Shown: piece after piece, positions 45,701-54,697 of the stretch
Position numbering within the stretch: the stretch's first letter is position 1
How the letters are laid out: each line of letters begins with the position of its first letter
Assembly: GCA_000165345.1 (NCBI GenBank)
Contig: CM000432.1
Span: 192,001-256,000, forward strand
DNA: 64,000 nt
Direction: 5' to 3'
The notes under the pieces: generated by a model
Told to the model about the DNA's origin: nothing
What the model saw: only the letters and a program-made list of their open reading frames with translations
Database searches by the model: none
Made by a program: the position numbers and the translations under genes

Positions 45701-46450
45701 TTGTAATCTTGGTATAATTAATTGCTTTCTATCAAGATTGCCGCCATTTGGGGGTTTGGCGGCAAAGGTGCGATCGATTTGCAAAGTGGTGTTGCATCTA
45801 TGATAATTATTATTAGAGCTAAGGAAATTGAATATATTTCGAATGACTCCAGATGTATTGAGGGATAGCAAATTAAGTAGAGGGTCAATCACTACTAAGT
45901 CCTTGTTTACTTTATCTCTATTTATCGACAAGTTGTTTTTGTCGCATCTCAGGATACGTCTTTCAGTGCCTGTTAAAAGGTTCGTTTGAATAAAGCTTAT
46001 AAAATCGATTTGATAGGGGTAGATAACAATTGTTTCTATTTTACTCCTATATTTGGATTCTATGTAGACATTATTTCTTTCTGAAAAGGGCATCCAACCT
46101 CTTTCACTTCTATACATCCAGTGTACAGAACATTCGAGCTTTTTTTTAGGACTATTAAGTTCCCCATCATAGTTTCTATCACAAAACTCTGATTTTCCTA
46201 CAAGAACTGTTCCTGGAGTTAATTTCTTATTAGAATTTATAAAGCTTTCATTAACAAAGTTTGTTTGTTTATTAGATATACTCGAATCAAATACTGGACT
46301 CACATTAGTGCATGAGTCATTGTTAGTTGAATCAACTTTATGATCTTTACAATAATTTATGGATACATCATGCATTTTGCACTGTATATAACTATCATCT
46401 TTCTTGCTAAGTTCTCTATAATTATCAAATACATGTTCATCGATTTTCAT
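42710..46450 (-). CDS. 1246-aa WWE-domain-containing protein with a Leu-rich central region and an uncharacterised C-terminal half
   Basis: The N-terminal segment ECSVHWMYRSERGWMPFSERNNVYIESKYRSKIETIVIYPYQIDFISFIQTNLLTGTERRILRC fits the WWE consensus (W.W....G.W..Y......IE.AY...V...Y.IDF..M.Q.N..TG..R.IRR). ATG start. Confidence 0.6.
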   Translation of the reverse strand: MKIDEHVFDNYRELSKKDDSYIQCKMHDVSINYCKDHKVDSTNNDSCTNVSPVFDSSISNKQTNFVNESFINSNKKLTPGTVLVGKSEFCDRNYDGELNSPKKKLECSVHWMYRSERGWMPFSERNNVYIESKYRSKIETIVIYPYQIDFISFIQTNLLTGTERRILRCDKNNLSINRDKVNKDLVVIDPLLNLLSLNTSGVIRNIFNFLSSNNNYHRCNTTLQIDRTFAAKPPNGGNLDRKQLIIPRLQIENCKGNLLSDSTINTDSHIEATLSPTGGYMIKSPTKSGINVTNKCRVNACNRVVQSDVASTTNVATNDNEIRDSRRNRSDMSVCFEDCTKEEKKDGQLSSFSPDTGLDDEIKIPRIYFHGVLGSNIPTKNVKLNTDVSPSSSSNTISNSSMSKFGETNKEEGEKSGSKSQSGSKSLFFFTPHKYRKSVGIIVPRILSSKFNNKKTTKNSEKETKNKYVRFNCGLMSPDQSKHTLGGYIGTPRRVNSNSSKEGQSKKKRDLEVSKEVAGSESYSSSPLLDNSSQTLSESANSNSTKTDNLKAFSVKSAFIILNEDAIPFDISENKPVSIFDGGRGIEKVKVTGSGIGVGTGGIVSNNEGAGGYLRVLNSWNRIGKMQNEFFETMSEREFSSQRISMDLNDFEDDKTASDTDARFLVDEDSRKLISLGNFDNNTGKPRPINWWFNHSVRHITVKFNCENNFNNKSTSLEIIPLLKPLLTGYMDDQIPIVRKLLPNNQVSGISTHVLLGLKSLEIIGLKPNKSEFPKISEFCFTELNNIIPISLEELYIVQSIIPISIFSLLLTRFPVPAASTFSFSLICNDDELPNTGLQTIQVINLHLSQNPCSHIKRRNRYGITRGRKHLAYSGDYSTCSHVHLDIFRKYNHVKICPWLAISNFVDEFVLRTPILVKCIIDPHNIMVVPSFNSRNLRDNSRFLYDHKDSQGNYGINNIGELSRGAEFVIMTANLILPLLIIQSHSIQNIIIGGEIDNQSESSSSKNVKKLRVDSIVFSCKYLPFKFFKVRNLDLFLDLNIDKTELGLFIRNNNSKDGIESISFTKVPEGKNQDIKQDSDSYCFQQLYNSIDSWIDEFSTWLDKYVCCDSIEILHVNLYVTSRYLELKVNNNHNSNNSTYRDNSNVYYGIGDKLNGQKSKHFYNGQAITETECLNNGSAISFGSEGSVNAVDCDIAISKNIFNFDPFYQKFSAKSKANHNSLNDVKIKVCISSHLQNFIFDTINLS

Positions 46451-47083
46451 TATTCATTCAATAGAGCACAAGGATCAAAAATTACTATATTAAAGCTTTT
46501 AAAATTAATTATATCCATAATCAATGCTAAACTAGTTAATTTGTTTCTTCTTTGTCAAAAATTATTGTTTGCTTAGCTGTTAATTTCTTATACAAGTATT
46601 TATATACATATGCATATATTTACATGCAAAAATATTTGCTAAATTTACCATATATAATACTAAATTTAATTCCTAAAATTAGTAAATTAAAAATTCCTAT
46701 AAACTTGGGTCTCTTATTTCTCAATTTTATAGCTTTCACTTATTTGTTTAATTCAATCTTCTTAATTCACTAATTGTATTTAATTCGGATCTTCAACTAC
46801 TTATTCTGAAAATATATTATTGCAATTTATTAGCTTAATAATTATCAATATTAATATATTATTAATACCAATATTATTATTTTAATGTGTTATCATTCAA
46901 CTCTCTATAATTCTTCCTTATCCAATTTAATACATGCTGCGTTTGTACTATCTCATTAATTCAATGTTATTTCTTTTTCCGCCAATTTTGAAATTTATCT
47001 CTTATTAATTCCCTATCCGCCCGCCCCCCCTATTTCTTTCATATCTCCATGCTAATTTATTGCTTTAAATCTGTATTTAAAAT

Positions 47084-47117
47084 GGCCATGGCGCGGGCGC
47101 CACAGAAGTGGCGCCGA
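47084..47117. promoter_or_regulatory. GC-rich cluster GGCCATGGCGCGGGCGCCACAGAAGTGGCGCCGAG in the divergent intergenic region (46451-47476)
   Basis: Two GGCGCC cores 20 nt apart. Upstream are CCGCCAATTTTG (46980s) and CCGCCCGCCCCCC. Confidence 0.4.
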
Positions 47118-47476
47118 GAATGTTTTTGTGTGTATTATATGCATACACAAAATAATTGTAAGTGAAGAAAAAAGAAGATTAAAAAGAATAAGTCCCGAAG
47201 ACTCCTTCTGGGGTTAAAGTACATAATTCTATGTATCTGTATGCGAATGAGTTACATTAAGGGCATTTCAAATTGAAAAGAAGAAAGTTTTAAAGAATAT
47301 TATATAAAAGTAAGGAATGACATTTTGATAGTAGCTGGCAAGTTAGTGGAATAAATAATAAAACACTTGAAAAAGAAAGACTAAGGTAAAGTTATACATT
47401 TGGGTACATTTTTTTAAAACTTTGCCTTGTCCATACGTAAATTACTGTTACTATTACAAAAAATTAATTCTTAATT

Positions 47477-50400
47477 ATGACATTAACTATGACAAAAGTA
47501 TTTATAATTTGGATCTTACAATGGTATTTCTTTGTTTTACTAGTAATACTTATGGCGGGTAGAATATATGGTGAAAGTTCACGAGAATTATCAGAGTCTT
47601 CAAATTTTTTCCTAGAAGGAGGCTCAAAAACAGAATTTACTAATGAAATTACATTCGATGATGAGCACGTATTGAGTTTAGATTTTAGTCAAACAGGAAG
47701 AAGTTATGAAGAAAACTACTCAATTGAATCGCCATTAAAAGGGGATGAATCTACTTTAAGTTCTTTATATTATAATCCTTTTCTTTATGAGTTTGAATTG
47801 AATACAAAAATTGTATGTCATGAACAATTTTGTAAAAAAGGATTACATAGTAAAAGATCATCCAAATTATTTAAATCTTATACAAAATCAGTTTTAAAGC
47901 ATTATATTCTTGAATCCAAAGTTAGATCGTGGTTCTTTAGATTATGGAGTGAATCTACTGTATTAACTTCTCCTGTATTATATATTGAAAAAAAACAGGA
48001 ATTTAAAGATATATACAAAATTGCTAGAAACTATTACCATAAGCTTAAAGATTCTGCTGTTATAATTATACTCAAAGTATTAACAAAAAAGGTTTCCAAA
48101 GAACTTGCCTTAGAGGAAATGGAAGAAGAGGAAGTATCTAAATCAATCTCTAATACATCAGAAAATGAAGAACATTCTTATTCTTCTGAAAATGGAGAAG
48201 AAACTAGAGCTTATGGTAAAAATAGCTCTGCAGGAGTTTCATATTCCATTAGTCAGGCTGTGAAGAATCTTTGTGTTAAACTTAGAGGCCTAAGTAAACA
48301 TAGAACAAGTGATAATGGTCAATCATACTTGTTTGTTATTGAAGCTCATGAAATTACTGATCGAATCATCTTTTCAAAGTTAATGACTAGCTTGATACAG
48401 ACTTCATGTTGGAATAGAGCAAATGTGAATAAGTCTAGAGTTATTATTCCAATCATTGTTGGTAACTTTAAGTATAATCCTGAAAACCAAAGTATTCTTA
48501 GTGATGTTTATTATACAGAAATGGGATCTGGAAATAGAAAATCTAAGTCAAATATTAAACAAACTTCAAAATCAAAATCTAGATCTGAATCTTCGGTAAA
48601 TCTAGAAGATGATGATTTAATTGAGAATTTTGACCAGTCAAACTTGAATTTATCTGTTGATTTGAAACCAGAATATAATGAACTATTTATTAAATGGCTT
48701 AAAAGATGTAATGAATCCAAAGTTATCCATCAAAAGTACCAACTTACTAGTCCTGGTCTCTTTGAGAAACTTCTAAATCAGTATCTTGTATATGCAATTA
48801 ATAATAACTCTATTACACGTGAGCTTTCTAAGCATAATCAAGGATCTCGTCATTTTATGAGTCAATATCCGAAAAATTGTCATCATTCTTGGAATGATTT
48901 GTTAAAGTTTATTGAAACTGAATATAATTCTACTGATGTCAAATTCAAAATTATTCTTATTAGTACAATACTTGAATCTCTACATGTTGCAAACTTTACC
49001 CTATTTAAAGAAGCTGATATTCAATCAAGTACTGAATCTGATCAAAAAGAAGAGGAAATTCCATCAAAGGAACAAAAAGGTAAAGAAAATGATATAGAGA
49101 AAGAAACTGAAGGTATTCATTCTACTGGAAATGATTCCAATCATTTCAACCAAGGTCAGATTAGGTCCAAAATTGAAAATCATCCAGAAGTTAGTGATCT
49201 ATATAGTATTCTCTCTTCAAAAGAACAAAAACCTATTACATTATTACAAGCAAGAATAATGGATGATTTAATCAATAGGCTTCAAGAACTTCCTGATCAA
49301 AGAAAATCAAGGCTTGAGTTCAAAAACTATATTTCAAGCTTAAAACTTGATCATCAATCTCTTAACCAAGTACTTGAGCTTTTTGAAGCTATTGATCATG
49401 TACAAAATTCTTTTCATTTACTTAGAGTTATGTTCATTACTAATATTGATTTGGGTCTTACATTAAATCCTTTAGAAATCATTATTTCTGTATGTAGAAA
49501 TGCTAAAATGGTTCCAATCGATTCTCAAAGTGTGGGAGAAAGGTCAAATAAAAGCTTAAGAAAGAAAAAGAGTAAAAAAGGAAGAAAAGATCAAAAAAAC
49601 CATAATATTGAAGATAGTCCTATAGAACAAAGTATTTATGAAGTAGAAGAAGAATATTCTGAGGAAGAAAAGAGTCAAAATGCTCAAGATGAATTACAAT
49701 CTGATCATAATAATGAAAATAACCAAGATATATTGGAAGAATGTGATCCTTTCAAATATTTAAGTAAAGATTTATTATCTGAAGATTACGATGGTGATGT
49801 TATGGAATCTATTCAAAAGTCATCCATAAAATTTGCTTCATTAATACTTGGATTATCACAATACAATACAAAGATCTTGAATATACATATATCTAATTTG
49901 GTCATTAAGACTGAGAGACTTATGTTAAGTAATATACTAGAAAACCAAAAGATCTCTACTATGGTTTTAATCTTGAGTGAAAAAATTCGAACTTTTCCAT
50001 TTAATACATTATCATCTTTTTCATATTTGAAAGAAATTTCTGAGACAAGAACTATAGCTTTATTAAAACCATTTATTCCTCTATTTCCTTCATATACTTT
50101 AATTGGTCTATTTGGTGATTCTATAGAATTTAAAAATCCAAAGCAATTTGGTAAAATATTAATCATGGAAATATGTATTCTTTATTATGATCCAAAATCA
50201 TTTTTGGACCAAGAATTTGTCGATTTATGTATTAGTACTTGGGAGTCTAATAGTAAAGATGAAGAATATAATAAAAGTATTTCTAAAGCTAATTCAAAAT
50301 GTAAGAAACTTTCTAAAGAAGTAAAAGGTTTAGAAATTGGTAATAAAGTAGGAAATAGTTCACCTACAGTATTTTTATTCTGTGATCTCCTTGATAAACT

Positions 50401-50551
50401 TGTAAATGGTCCAAGTTCAAGAAACGAGCAAAGCTTTAATGAGATTAAGGAATTGTATGTTTCAAAAGAGTTTAACAATAAATGTGAGAATATTAAATCA
50501 TATAGTATTCAACAATCAGGGAATTTATATAATATGTTAGTTAAGCTATAA
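47477..50551 (+). CDS. 1024-aa hypothetical protein with an N-terminal hydrophobic signal/anchor
   Basis: A long intact ORF from an ATG. The N-terminus MTLTMTKVFIIWILQWYFFVLLVILMAGRIYG is strongly hydrophobic. The body is charged and low-complexity with no motif I recognise. Confidence 0.5.
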   Translation: MTLTMTKVFIIWILQWYFFVLLVILMAGRIYGESSRELSESSNFFLEGGSKTEFTNEITFDDEHVLSLDFSQTGRSYEENYSIESPLKGDESTLSSLYYNPFLYEFELNTKIVCHEQFCKKGLHSKRSSKLFKSYTKSVLKHYILESKVRSWFFRLWSESTVLTSPVLYIEKKQEFKDIYKIARNYYHKLKDSAVIIILKVLTKKVSKELALEEMEEEEVSKSISNTSENEEHSYSSENGEETRAYGKNSSAGVSYSISQAVKNLCVKLRGLSKHRTSDNGQSYLFVIEAHEITDRIIFSKLMTSLIQTSCWNRANVNKSRVIIPIIVGNFKYNPENQSILSDVYYTEMGSGNRKSKSNIKQTSKSKSRSESSVNLEDDDLIENFDQSNLNLSVDLKPEYNELFIKWLKRCNESKVIHQKYQLTSPGLFEKLLNQYLVYAINNNSITRELSKHNQGSRHFMSQYPKNCHHSWNDLLKFIETEYNSTDVKFKIILISTILESLHVANFTLFKEADIQSSTESDQKEEEIPSKEQKGKENDIEKETEGIHSTGNDSNHFNQGQIRSKIENHPEVSDLYSILSSKEQKPITLLQARIMDDLINRLQELPDQRKSRLEFKNYISSLKLDHQSLNQVLELFEAIDHVQNSFHLLRVMFITNIDLGLTLNPLEIIISVCRNAKMVPIDSQSVGERSNKSLRKKKSKKGRKDQKNHNIEDSPIEQSIYEVEEEYSEEEKSQNAQDELQSDHNNENNQDILEECDPFKYLSKDLLSEDYDGDVMESIQKSSIKFASLILGLSQYNTKILNIHISNLVIKTERLMLSNILENQKISTMVLILSEKIRTFPFNTLSSFSYLKEISETRTIALLKPFIPLFPSYTLIGLFGDSIEFKNPKQFGKILIMEICILYYDPKSFLDQEFVDLCISTWESNSKDEEYNKSISKANSKCKKLSKEVKGLEIGNKVGNSSPTVFLFCDLLDKLVNGPSSRNEQSFNEIKELYVSKEFNNKCENIKSYSIQQSGNLYNMLVKL

Positions 50552-50652
50552 AAGTAGATGATTTTAATTAATTAGTAATAATTTAATTATAATATACATT
50601 ATTAAAAGATTGATAAATATATACTTGAAATAGTTCCTTTGTAAGATTGATG

Positions 50653-52674
50653 TTATTTGTCAACAAAAGATAGACAAAAATCGTAAAGTTGTCCAGCTCT
50701 TTGTGCATCTAATCTAATAACTCTAGAGAATTCATCCTTAGAAAGATGAGGTATTCCATTTGTTGAGATATCTTGTATACCAGAAAGGTTATTATTGCTT
50801 GAATGATTAGTTGATCCTTTTCTAGTTTTACTATTAAGGCTTAAATGGTATTTGGCTTCTTGAATAAGAATTCTCTTAGAGAGTATATAGAAAATTGGCG
50901 GGAGTTGTATTTGATCACAAAAGAGCTTTTCCTGATCAGTAAGTAAGGAAGCACCAGGATAACTTTCAATAGGTACAGCAGATGAAGAATTAGAATTGGA
51001 TGTAGTAGAGATAGTATTAATGGACTGTTGATTAGTAAGTGGAAGAGAAGATGAATTAGAAGAGTTAGTATTAAGAGGAAGATTAGGATTGGAAATAGAG
51101 ATTTGGCTTTTTTGTTGTTTCTTAATGGCTCTAGCTTGGCCTTCATATACAAAAGGAGTGGAAATTCCTGATTTAGGAACAGTTTTAATATTTCCAAGTC
51201 CAAGTCCAGCAGGAGCAATAAGATTTCCCGATTGAGTTTGGTTAATGATTTTACATTTAATATCTTCGCGTCTCTTCTTTTCTTCTTCATACCTTTTAAC
51301 TTCTTCCAAAGTTCGAATTCCTAAACTGCACCATTCTTGTACTTTTTGGAGATGATTTCTAATTCTTTTTTCTTCAATAAGTAAAGAAACAAGCTTTTCT
51401 TGTTCTTCTTCAGTTTGGAATCTAGAAATAGGTTTTAAGAATGAGTGCAAATCTCTTTCATCCTTGGTTCTCTTTTTCTCCTTTTGTTGTTGTAATTTAA
51501 TATCCAAAAGATTACGTTCAATAACAAACCTTTTTCTATATGTTCTTTCGTCAAGCTTGGAATTATAGATCTCAAGTATTTGAAGTTTAAGTTCTTTTTC
51601 TTGAGGAGTGTCAGAATCTCTAAACTCCATATCAGCTAATAAAAGTTCAGCATCATTATCATATTCGACATCGAAATCTCCTCTTAAAGGCATATATCCA
51701 ATAACGCTAGTACTAGGTTTGGATTGGCTTCCATTACTTGTACTAGTAGTTTTATTACCAGTATTACCACCAGAAGCTCTTCCATAAGGTTGTTTTTTGA
51801 CTTGAGGATTTTCTAATTCTTGTTTGAGTTTAGAATCATTTTCTGTATTAATAGAGTTAGATGATGAATCTTTATGAGATGATTGATCAGTAATTTTCGA
51901 TTCGGAGTCATCTTTTTCTTGTCCAGATTTGTTTAAAAGATTGAGATCTTGTTTAATAGCTTCTAATTCTGGAGAATTAGCAATATCTTGGGTTTTTTGT
52001 ATAAGATTAAGATAATTTCTAGTATCTGGTAAAGGTTTAGTTTTACTATTCAAATAGAAATTATTATAATGTTTTTCGCATTCGTCAGCTGTATGACTTC
52101 CAAATCCTGGTTTTTGAGTCTTTTGGTACATAGTTAGAGCTCCAGCTGGACCTTCAGTAATATATTTGGAAATTTCAGACCAGTTTCCTAATCCATATCT
52201 TGAAACTGCTTCCATTAAAAGAAGTTCCTCTTCTGCTGTCCAGTTTTCAGTTAGTAAGTTAAATGTATATCTTCCTACAGGAATGTATTTATGATTAGGT
52301 TTATGATCGTTACTTGACTTTCCTTGACAGAAACAATCCAAACATAGATCATATTCAATACATTCTGCACATCTTATTCTATAATCCCATGTATCTTTTT
52401 TGCATACATCACATCTAAATTTTCCATCGATAATGTTTAAGTCATTAACTCTGGTTTCATCATCCATTTGATCAAGAGCTCCACTCTTTTCTTTTAATTC
52501 TTCTAATCCTTTTTTCATAATTTCAGATAAATCTTCTTTGATAATAGATGAATCACTTAGAGTAGAAATCTCAACAGTATTTAATAAATTTACTCCATCA
52601 GGATGAATTGTTTCCTCACCTAATAAGTTCATAGCCTCCTCTGGAGCACTTTCATTTTCTTTTTCTCCAGACAT
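50653..52674 (-). CDS. ADA2: transcriptional adaptor ADA2 (SAGA/ADA complex)
   Basis: 673 aa. It has a ZZ zinc finger (CDVCKKDTWDYRIRCAECIEYDLCLDCFCQGKSSNDH), a SANT/Myb domain (WTAEEELLLMEAVSRYGLGNWSEISKYI) and a C-terminal SWIRM-like region, in the canonical ADA2 order. Confidence 0.85.
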   Translation of the reverse strand: MSGEKENESAPEEAMNLLGEETIHPDGVNLLNTVEISTLSDSSIIKEDLSEIMKKGLEELKEKSGALDQMDDETRVNDLNIIDGKFRCDVCKKDTWDYRIRCAECIEYDLCLDCFCQGKSSNDHKPNHKYIPVGRYTFNLLTENWTAEEELLLMEAVSRYGLGNWSEISKYITEGPAGALTMYQKTQKPGFGSHTADECEKHYNNFYLNSKTKPLPDTRNYLNLIQKTQDIANSPELEAIKQDLNLLNKSGQEKDDSESKITDQSSHKDSSSNSINTENDSKLKQELENPQVKKQPYGRASGGNTGNKTTSTSNGSQSKPSTSVIGYMPLRGDFDVEYDNDAELLLADMEFRDSDTPQEKELKLQILEIYNSKLDERTYRKRFVIERNLLDIKLQQQKEKKRTKDERDLHSFLKPISRFQTEEEQEKLVSLLIEEKRIRNHLQKVQEWCSLGIRTLEEVKRYEEEKKRREDIKCKIINQTQSGNLIAPAGLGLGNIKTVPKSGISTPFVYEGQARAIKKQQKSQISISNPNLPLNTNSSNSSSLPLTNQQSINTISTTSNSNSSSAVPIESYPGASLLTDQEKLFCDQIQLPPIFYILSKRILIQEAKYHLSLNSKTRKGSTNHSSNNNLSGIQDISTNGIPHLSKDEFSRVIRLDAQRAGQLYDFCLSFVDK

Positions 52675-52954
52675 TTTTTATGATTTGGTTAGTATAGTCA
52701 AATAAATGATTCTTTTTAATTGTTGATATAATAAACCTTCAATAAGACCTTCATTAAAGTGAAACAAGTCTTTCCAACTCTTCTTGTCCTATTGACTACC
52801 CTCCAGTGTGTGTATTATTGGGTAGAATTCGTATTTTCATACAACAATTGGGTACAAGTTATTTAAAATTCAATATTAGCAGAAAATTTTCATTTAAAAT
52901 GATTTTATTCAACCTTTTTATTTATTGAAATTTCTCTATTTTCAATTTATCTTA

Positions 52955-52966
52955 TTTGGCGCCAAA
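52955..52966. promoter_or_regulatory. perfect palindromic E2F-like site TTTGGCGCCAAA, with a second TTGGCGCC at 53027-53034, upstream of ADA2
   Basis: A GC island in otherwise >80% AT intergenic DNA. TTT[GC][GC]CGC[GC]AAA is the E2F/DP consensus. It lies about 280 bp 5' of the ADA2 start. Confidence 0.45.
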
Positions 52967-53111
52967 CCCATTTTTTTTTAATTTGAAAGAAATCGTACCG
53001 ATACAGTCAAAAAATTGTCGGGGTAGTTGGCGCCATTTATGATTAAAGTTAAAAAATAAACTAAAGAAAATGAAAAAAAGATGTTTATATACAAATAAAA
53101 TAAATAAATAA

Positions 53112-53149
<38 letters not shown>

Positions 53150-53556
53150 TGATAAGAATGAACATAATGTTTTCTTAATATTCATATTTTAATGTTTTTA
53201 CAATTATGTATGGAGTGTAAGAAAAATATTGGTTTTGTTTGATCTCACATTCATACACAAATAATATTATGAGCCATATTAATAGTATTTGAATTTAGAG
53301 ATTAAATAAATAAAAAATTGAGAATGATCTAGAAAATTAAATTATATCTCAGAAAAAAAAGAGAAATTGGTTTCAACTAGTATGAAAATTATTTCTAGTT
53401 TTGTAATAGGAATTAATTATAATATATAAATGCCTTAAAGCTGTAAGATTAGCTTTAATATTTATTAGTTATATATCAGATGAAGAATATAAAAATGTTG
53501 GCGCTTTTTTACTTTTATTAAAATAAGAAATTTGATTTGATCACCAAATGAAGTTT

Positions 53557-53885
53557 TTACTGTTCTCTCTTCTTCAAACTTGCTGGTATCATTGATTCTA
53601 ACATTCTAAAGCTTATTCTAGCTTTGCTAGTATTTTCAGCTATTGCAAAATATGATATTCTAGATTGATGCATTATATTGGAAGATGCTGTATCCCTTAA
53701 GATGTTATCTCCCCACTCACTATAAAGAGTTCATACAAAGTAGTTATTGTAAGATTATTAATTCATAAGAAATTAAAATAATAATAAACTCACCTTCTTT
53801 TAGTATTAATATGTCCAGTTCCTTGATACTTACTATGCAATTGCTCTAATTGAAAATATATTGTTGATCTGTTTTCCCCATCCAT
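53557..53885 (-). CDS. SF3B5: splicing factor 3b subunit 5 (SF3B5/SF3b10), 2-exon gene missed by the ORF track
   Basis: Exon 1 is 53794-53885 (MDGENRSTIYFQLEQLHSKYQGTGHINTKR). The GTGAGT donor is at 53793-53788 and the intron is 53720-53787. Exon 2 is 53557-53719 (SEWGDNILRDTASSNIMHQSRISYFAIAENTSKARISFRMLESMIPASLKKREQ*). It aligns with human SF3B5 (RYTIHSQLEHLQSKYIGTGHADTTKWEW...LLNYFAIAENESKARVRFNLMEKMLQPCG). Confidence 0.8.
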
Positions 53886-54145
53886 TTCTCCCAAATAACA
53901 AAAAAAGAAAATATTATATTTGTTTTTAATAATTAATTTTGAATTATTTTTTTTTTTTTTAACCTATGAATTTGGAAAATAATTCTATCAGGAACTTGCT
54001 TTTTATTATAATACTATATACAATTGGACTTCTCCCTTATCTTTCTATAATCTAATATTAATAAACTACTTCCCACTCAAATTATTCTCACTACTAGATT
54101 CTTTTTTCTTTGTAATTTTCTTTTTAATCTTCATCTTGATTTTGG

Positions 54146-54219
54146 GTTTGCGCGCCAAAATTCTACGATTTTAATATTAATTAAATATTATTTGGGTACC
54201 CGTGTAATAGGCGCCAAAT
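54146..54219. promoter_or_regulatory. TTTGCGCGCCAAAA, GGGTACCCGTG and TAGGCGCCAAAT between SF3B5 and UTP13
   Basis: Three GC islands in an AT-rich divergent promoter region. Confidence 0.4.
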
Positions 54220-54361
54220 GTCAAATTTGAAATTTTATAATGTAAATAATTGGTCGAATTTTTTTTAGTTGCTAATTTAAACAATATTTAAAAAAAAAGG
54301 AAAAGCAAATAAAAAGTTCTCTTTTTGATTGGAAGTGCATTTATTATATTAAAATTATATA

Positions 54362-54411
<50 letters not shown>

Positions 54412-54569
54412 TCATTAAAGATTTGTTTTCTTACATTAATTTAAGCGACAAAATTGGAAAATATATATATTGAAATAATTTAATTTCCGGATCTAAAGAA
54501 ACACCAACATTCAACAAATACACTCATGAATAATTAAATCTTCTAAAATTTTGGCTAACACTTTTTATT

Positions 54570-54616
<47 letters not shown>

Positions 54617-54697
54617 ATTCTTTAAGAACAAAAGTAATAAAATCTATAATACTAAATAAACTCAACTCAAAAGTAATCGTTATAAAAGGTCAATAAA

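Noticed and set aside
45740-45780. GC island GATTGCCGCCATTTGGGGGTTTGGCGGCAAAGG resembling paired E2F sites
   Set aside because: It lies inside the WWE-protein coding region (on the minus strand it encodes ...PFAAKPPNGGN...). It is most likely coincidental coding sequence, so it is not listed as regulatory.
46340-46773. Two small plus-strand ORFs in the 46451-47476 intergenic region
   Set aside because: They give AT-rich, Ile/Leu/Phe-rich translations typical of random ORFs in AT-rich DNA. I could not build a spliced model with canonical signals.
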